Below are positions 4,946-6,132 of a stretch of 6,132 nt of DNA, piece after piece. The stretch's first letter is position 1. Every line of letters starts with the position of its first letter. Origin of the DNA: a virus; IMG/VR virus record IMGVR_UViG_3300020030_000012, positions 1 through 6,132 of that record. One strand, written 5' to 3'. The notes beneath the pieces were generated by a model, which did no database searches, was not told the DNA's origin, and saw only the letters and a list, made by a program, of their open reading frames with translations. The translations under genes and the position numbers were made by a program.

Positions 4946-5137
4946 ATGTCAGATGTTAAGACCCCCTTTTACAAGTCGAAAGCTTTTTGGACGCTCGTTT
5001 CGTCTATAATCGCCGCTCTTTCGGCTTTCTTCCTTGCTTCGTGTTCTGCACAAGCCAAGGTTGCTCGGACAGGTGTTCATATTGATACTGTTCGCGTAGA
5101 CTACATTATTCGCTCGAACAATTTTACGCTTCCGTAA
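4946..5137 (+). CDS. Predicted small lipoprotein, 63-aa precursor (about 31 aa mature), function unknown
   Basis: From ATG 4946 the sequence is MSDVKTPFYKSKAFWTLVSSIIAALSAFFLAS-C-SAQAKVARTGVHIDTVRVDYIIRSNNFTLP. It has a Lys-rich n-region, a hydrophobic core of about 18 aa, and the lipobox L-A-S-C with Cys33. The stop TAA 5135-5137 is 1 nt before the VP2 ATG. The track ORF begins at ATG 4835, but those 37 extra codons overlie the hairpin/T5 element and would bury the signal peptide. The start remains uncertain. Confidence 0.5.
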   Translation: MSDVKTPFYKSKAFWTLVSSIIAALSAFFLASCSAQAKVARTGVHIDTVRVDYIIRSNNFTLP

Positions 5138-5138
5138 T

Positions 5139-6132
5139 ATGAGACTTATTGATTTTAAGTCCTACATTGAGCCTGTTTCCACAGGTGCTATACTCGGCGC
5201 TGCAGGTATTTCCGCCGGTGGTCAGGTTGCCTCTGGCCTATTTAAGCCCTCGCTCAAGAGACAATGGAAATATCAGCAGAAGCAAATGAAGCTTCAACAG
5301 CAGTACGCTTTGGAGCAAATGCAAAAACAAGGTGAAATCAATTATGCTAACTGGCAGAAGCAGTTTGATTACGAGAATGCTTATAATGACCCTTCGAAAG
5401 TTTTCGATCGTTATCTTAAAGCCGGTGTTACTCCCGCTGCCGTCCTTGGCTCTTCAGGTGTTGGCCTCAATGCTACTATGTCTGGTGGCTCTGCTGGTTC
5501 TGTAGGCGCTTCTGGCCCTTCTGGTGGGTCTTTTGACTTCTCTAGTCCTCTGCCTCCCGGAGTTGGTTCTGCCGCTGCTGGAACCGCCCTTGATGCCATG
5601 GGCGTCAATTCAACCATCGAACGCAATAAGGCTGCCGCTAATCGTGATGACGCTGAGGCTGCAAATATTCGTAGCAATACCTTTGAACCTGAGTTTAATA
5701 AGGCTCGTGCTGAAGCTTCTAAGGCTGTTGATGAAGCGTTGGCTAAAAAGGAAATCGAGTCGGCCGCCGCGCTTAAGTCTGAGCGTCTTTTAAATGACCT
5801 TAACAATACTCTGCTCTCTCTTACGCTGGATGCTCGCGTTGAGGAGACTAAGGCGCTTGCTGATACTGCCAAAGAAGAATTAAATCAGCTTCGTATTCAA
5901 GGCACGTATCTCGAGCGTATGGTTAAGGCTCGAATCCTTGTTCTTGATACGCAGAGTGCTCTCAACGAATCTCTCTCTGGCCTTGCTTCTGCCAATGAGG
6001 CAGGACAGCGCATTAACAATCTTGATCTCGCTAACGAGCTTTCGCGTAATTGGGATAAGCGTTTTGACGTTGAAATTCCGAATCCTCAGTACGAAAAGAA
6101 TCTTCGTAGCTCCAACCCTATCACTCGTGGTA
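5139..6132 (+). CDS. VP2: DNA pilot / minor capsid protein (VP2, phiX174 H-like), N-terminal part. It runs off the window end and continues at 113..483 on the circle. The full product is 454 aa.
   Basis: Hand translation from ATG 5139 found no stop through 6132. The sequence reads MRLIDFKSYIEPVSTGAILGAAGISAGGQVASGLF...YENAYNDPSKVFDRYLKAGVTPAAVLG, followed by a Gly/Ser/Ala-rich linker and then a long Ala/Glu/Lys/Leu-rich helical (coiled-coil-like) region. The NDPxxxxxRxxxAGxxP-type block and this overall architecture are typical of microvirus VP2/H proteins. The ORF is absent from the track only because it has no stop inside the window. Confidence 0.85.
   Translation, partial: MRLIDFKSYIEPVSTGAILGAAGISAGGQVASGLFKPSLKRQWKYQQKQMKLQQQYALEQMQKQGEINYANWQKQFDYENAYNDPSKVFDRYLKAGVTPAAVLGSSGVGLNATMSGGSAGSVGASGPSGGSFDFSSPLPPGVGSAAAGTALDAMGVNSTIERNKAAANRDDAEAANIRSNTFEPEFNKARAEASKAVDEALAKKEIESAAALKSERLLNDLNNTLLSLTLDARVEETKALADTAKEELNQLRIQGTYLERMVKARILVLDTQSALNESLSGLASANEAGQRINNLDLANELSRNWDKRFDVEIPNPQYEKNLRSSNPITRG
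6021..6132. repeat. Terminal direct repeat, copy 2 (identical to 1..112)
   Basis: Exact 112-nt identity with the window start. Confidence 0.97.

Noticed and set aside
5411-5872. Minus-strand 153-aa Ala/Ser/Leu-rich ORF
   Set aside because: It is antisense to the Ala/Ser/Gly-rich part of VP2. GCT/TCT/GCC-rich sense codons give stop-poor AGC/AGA/GGC antisense codons. The product is low-complexity with no gene context.
1-6132. tRNA, rRNA, CRISPR array, integrase/transposase, defence-system genes
   Set aside because: I found no cloverleaf-like or repeat-spacer structure and no large unexplained ORF. The coding capacity is fully taken up by the microvirus core genes and five small ORFs.

Overview
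This window is a complete circular ssDNA phage genome of the family Microviridae, with a non-phiX (gokusho/alpa-like) core gene set. All credible genes are on the + strand. Bases 1-112 are identical to 6021-6132, so the true unit is 6,020 nt and the window overruns the circle by 112 nt. The junction splits the VP2/H-like DNA pilot protein gene: 5139..6132 continues in frame into 113..483, giving 454 aa in total. Two genes are recognised with confidence. The rolling-circle replication initiator VP4 (1639..2709) carries FITITI, HFH (HUH) and YVVKY motifs. The major capsid protein VP1 (2713..4503) carries GGSRYSDWLETFF and EPGYMIDMLSIRP blocks. Five small tightly packed ORFs have no function I can recognise: 564..884, 896..1219, 1439..1639, 4516..4812 and 4946..5137. 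I see no tRNA/rRNA, CRISPR array, integrase or transposase. The points most worth follow-up are listed here. (1) A tiny predicted lipoprotein gene ends 1 nt before VP2; microviruses outside the phiX group have no known lysis or exclusion gene. (2) An unusually GC/CpG-rich 219-nt non-coding region holds a 14-bp hairpin and a roughly 96-nt rod-like hairpin, making it an origin or ncRNA candidate. (3) A second rod-like hairpin plus T5 tract lies after the capsid block, and it shares an 11-nt inverted match with the first region. (4) A two-gene accessory module sits between VP2 and VP4, with weaker codon bias than the core genes. (5) No gene has a Shine-Dalgarno sequence, and one Bacteroidota-type -7 promoter motif is present, which hints at the host. 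All protein-family calls rest on motif recognition from memory and hand translation. No database search or folding program was run.
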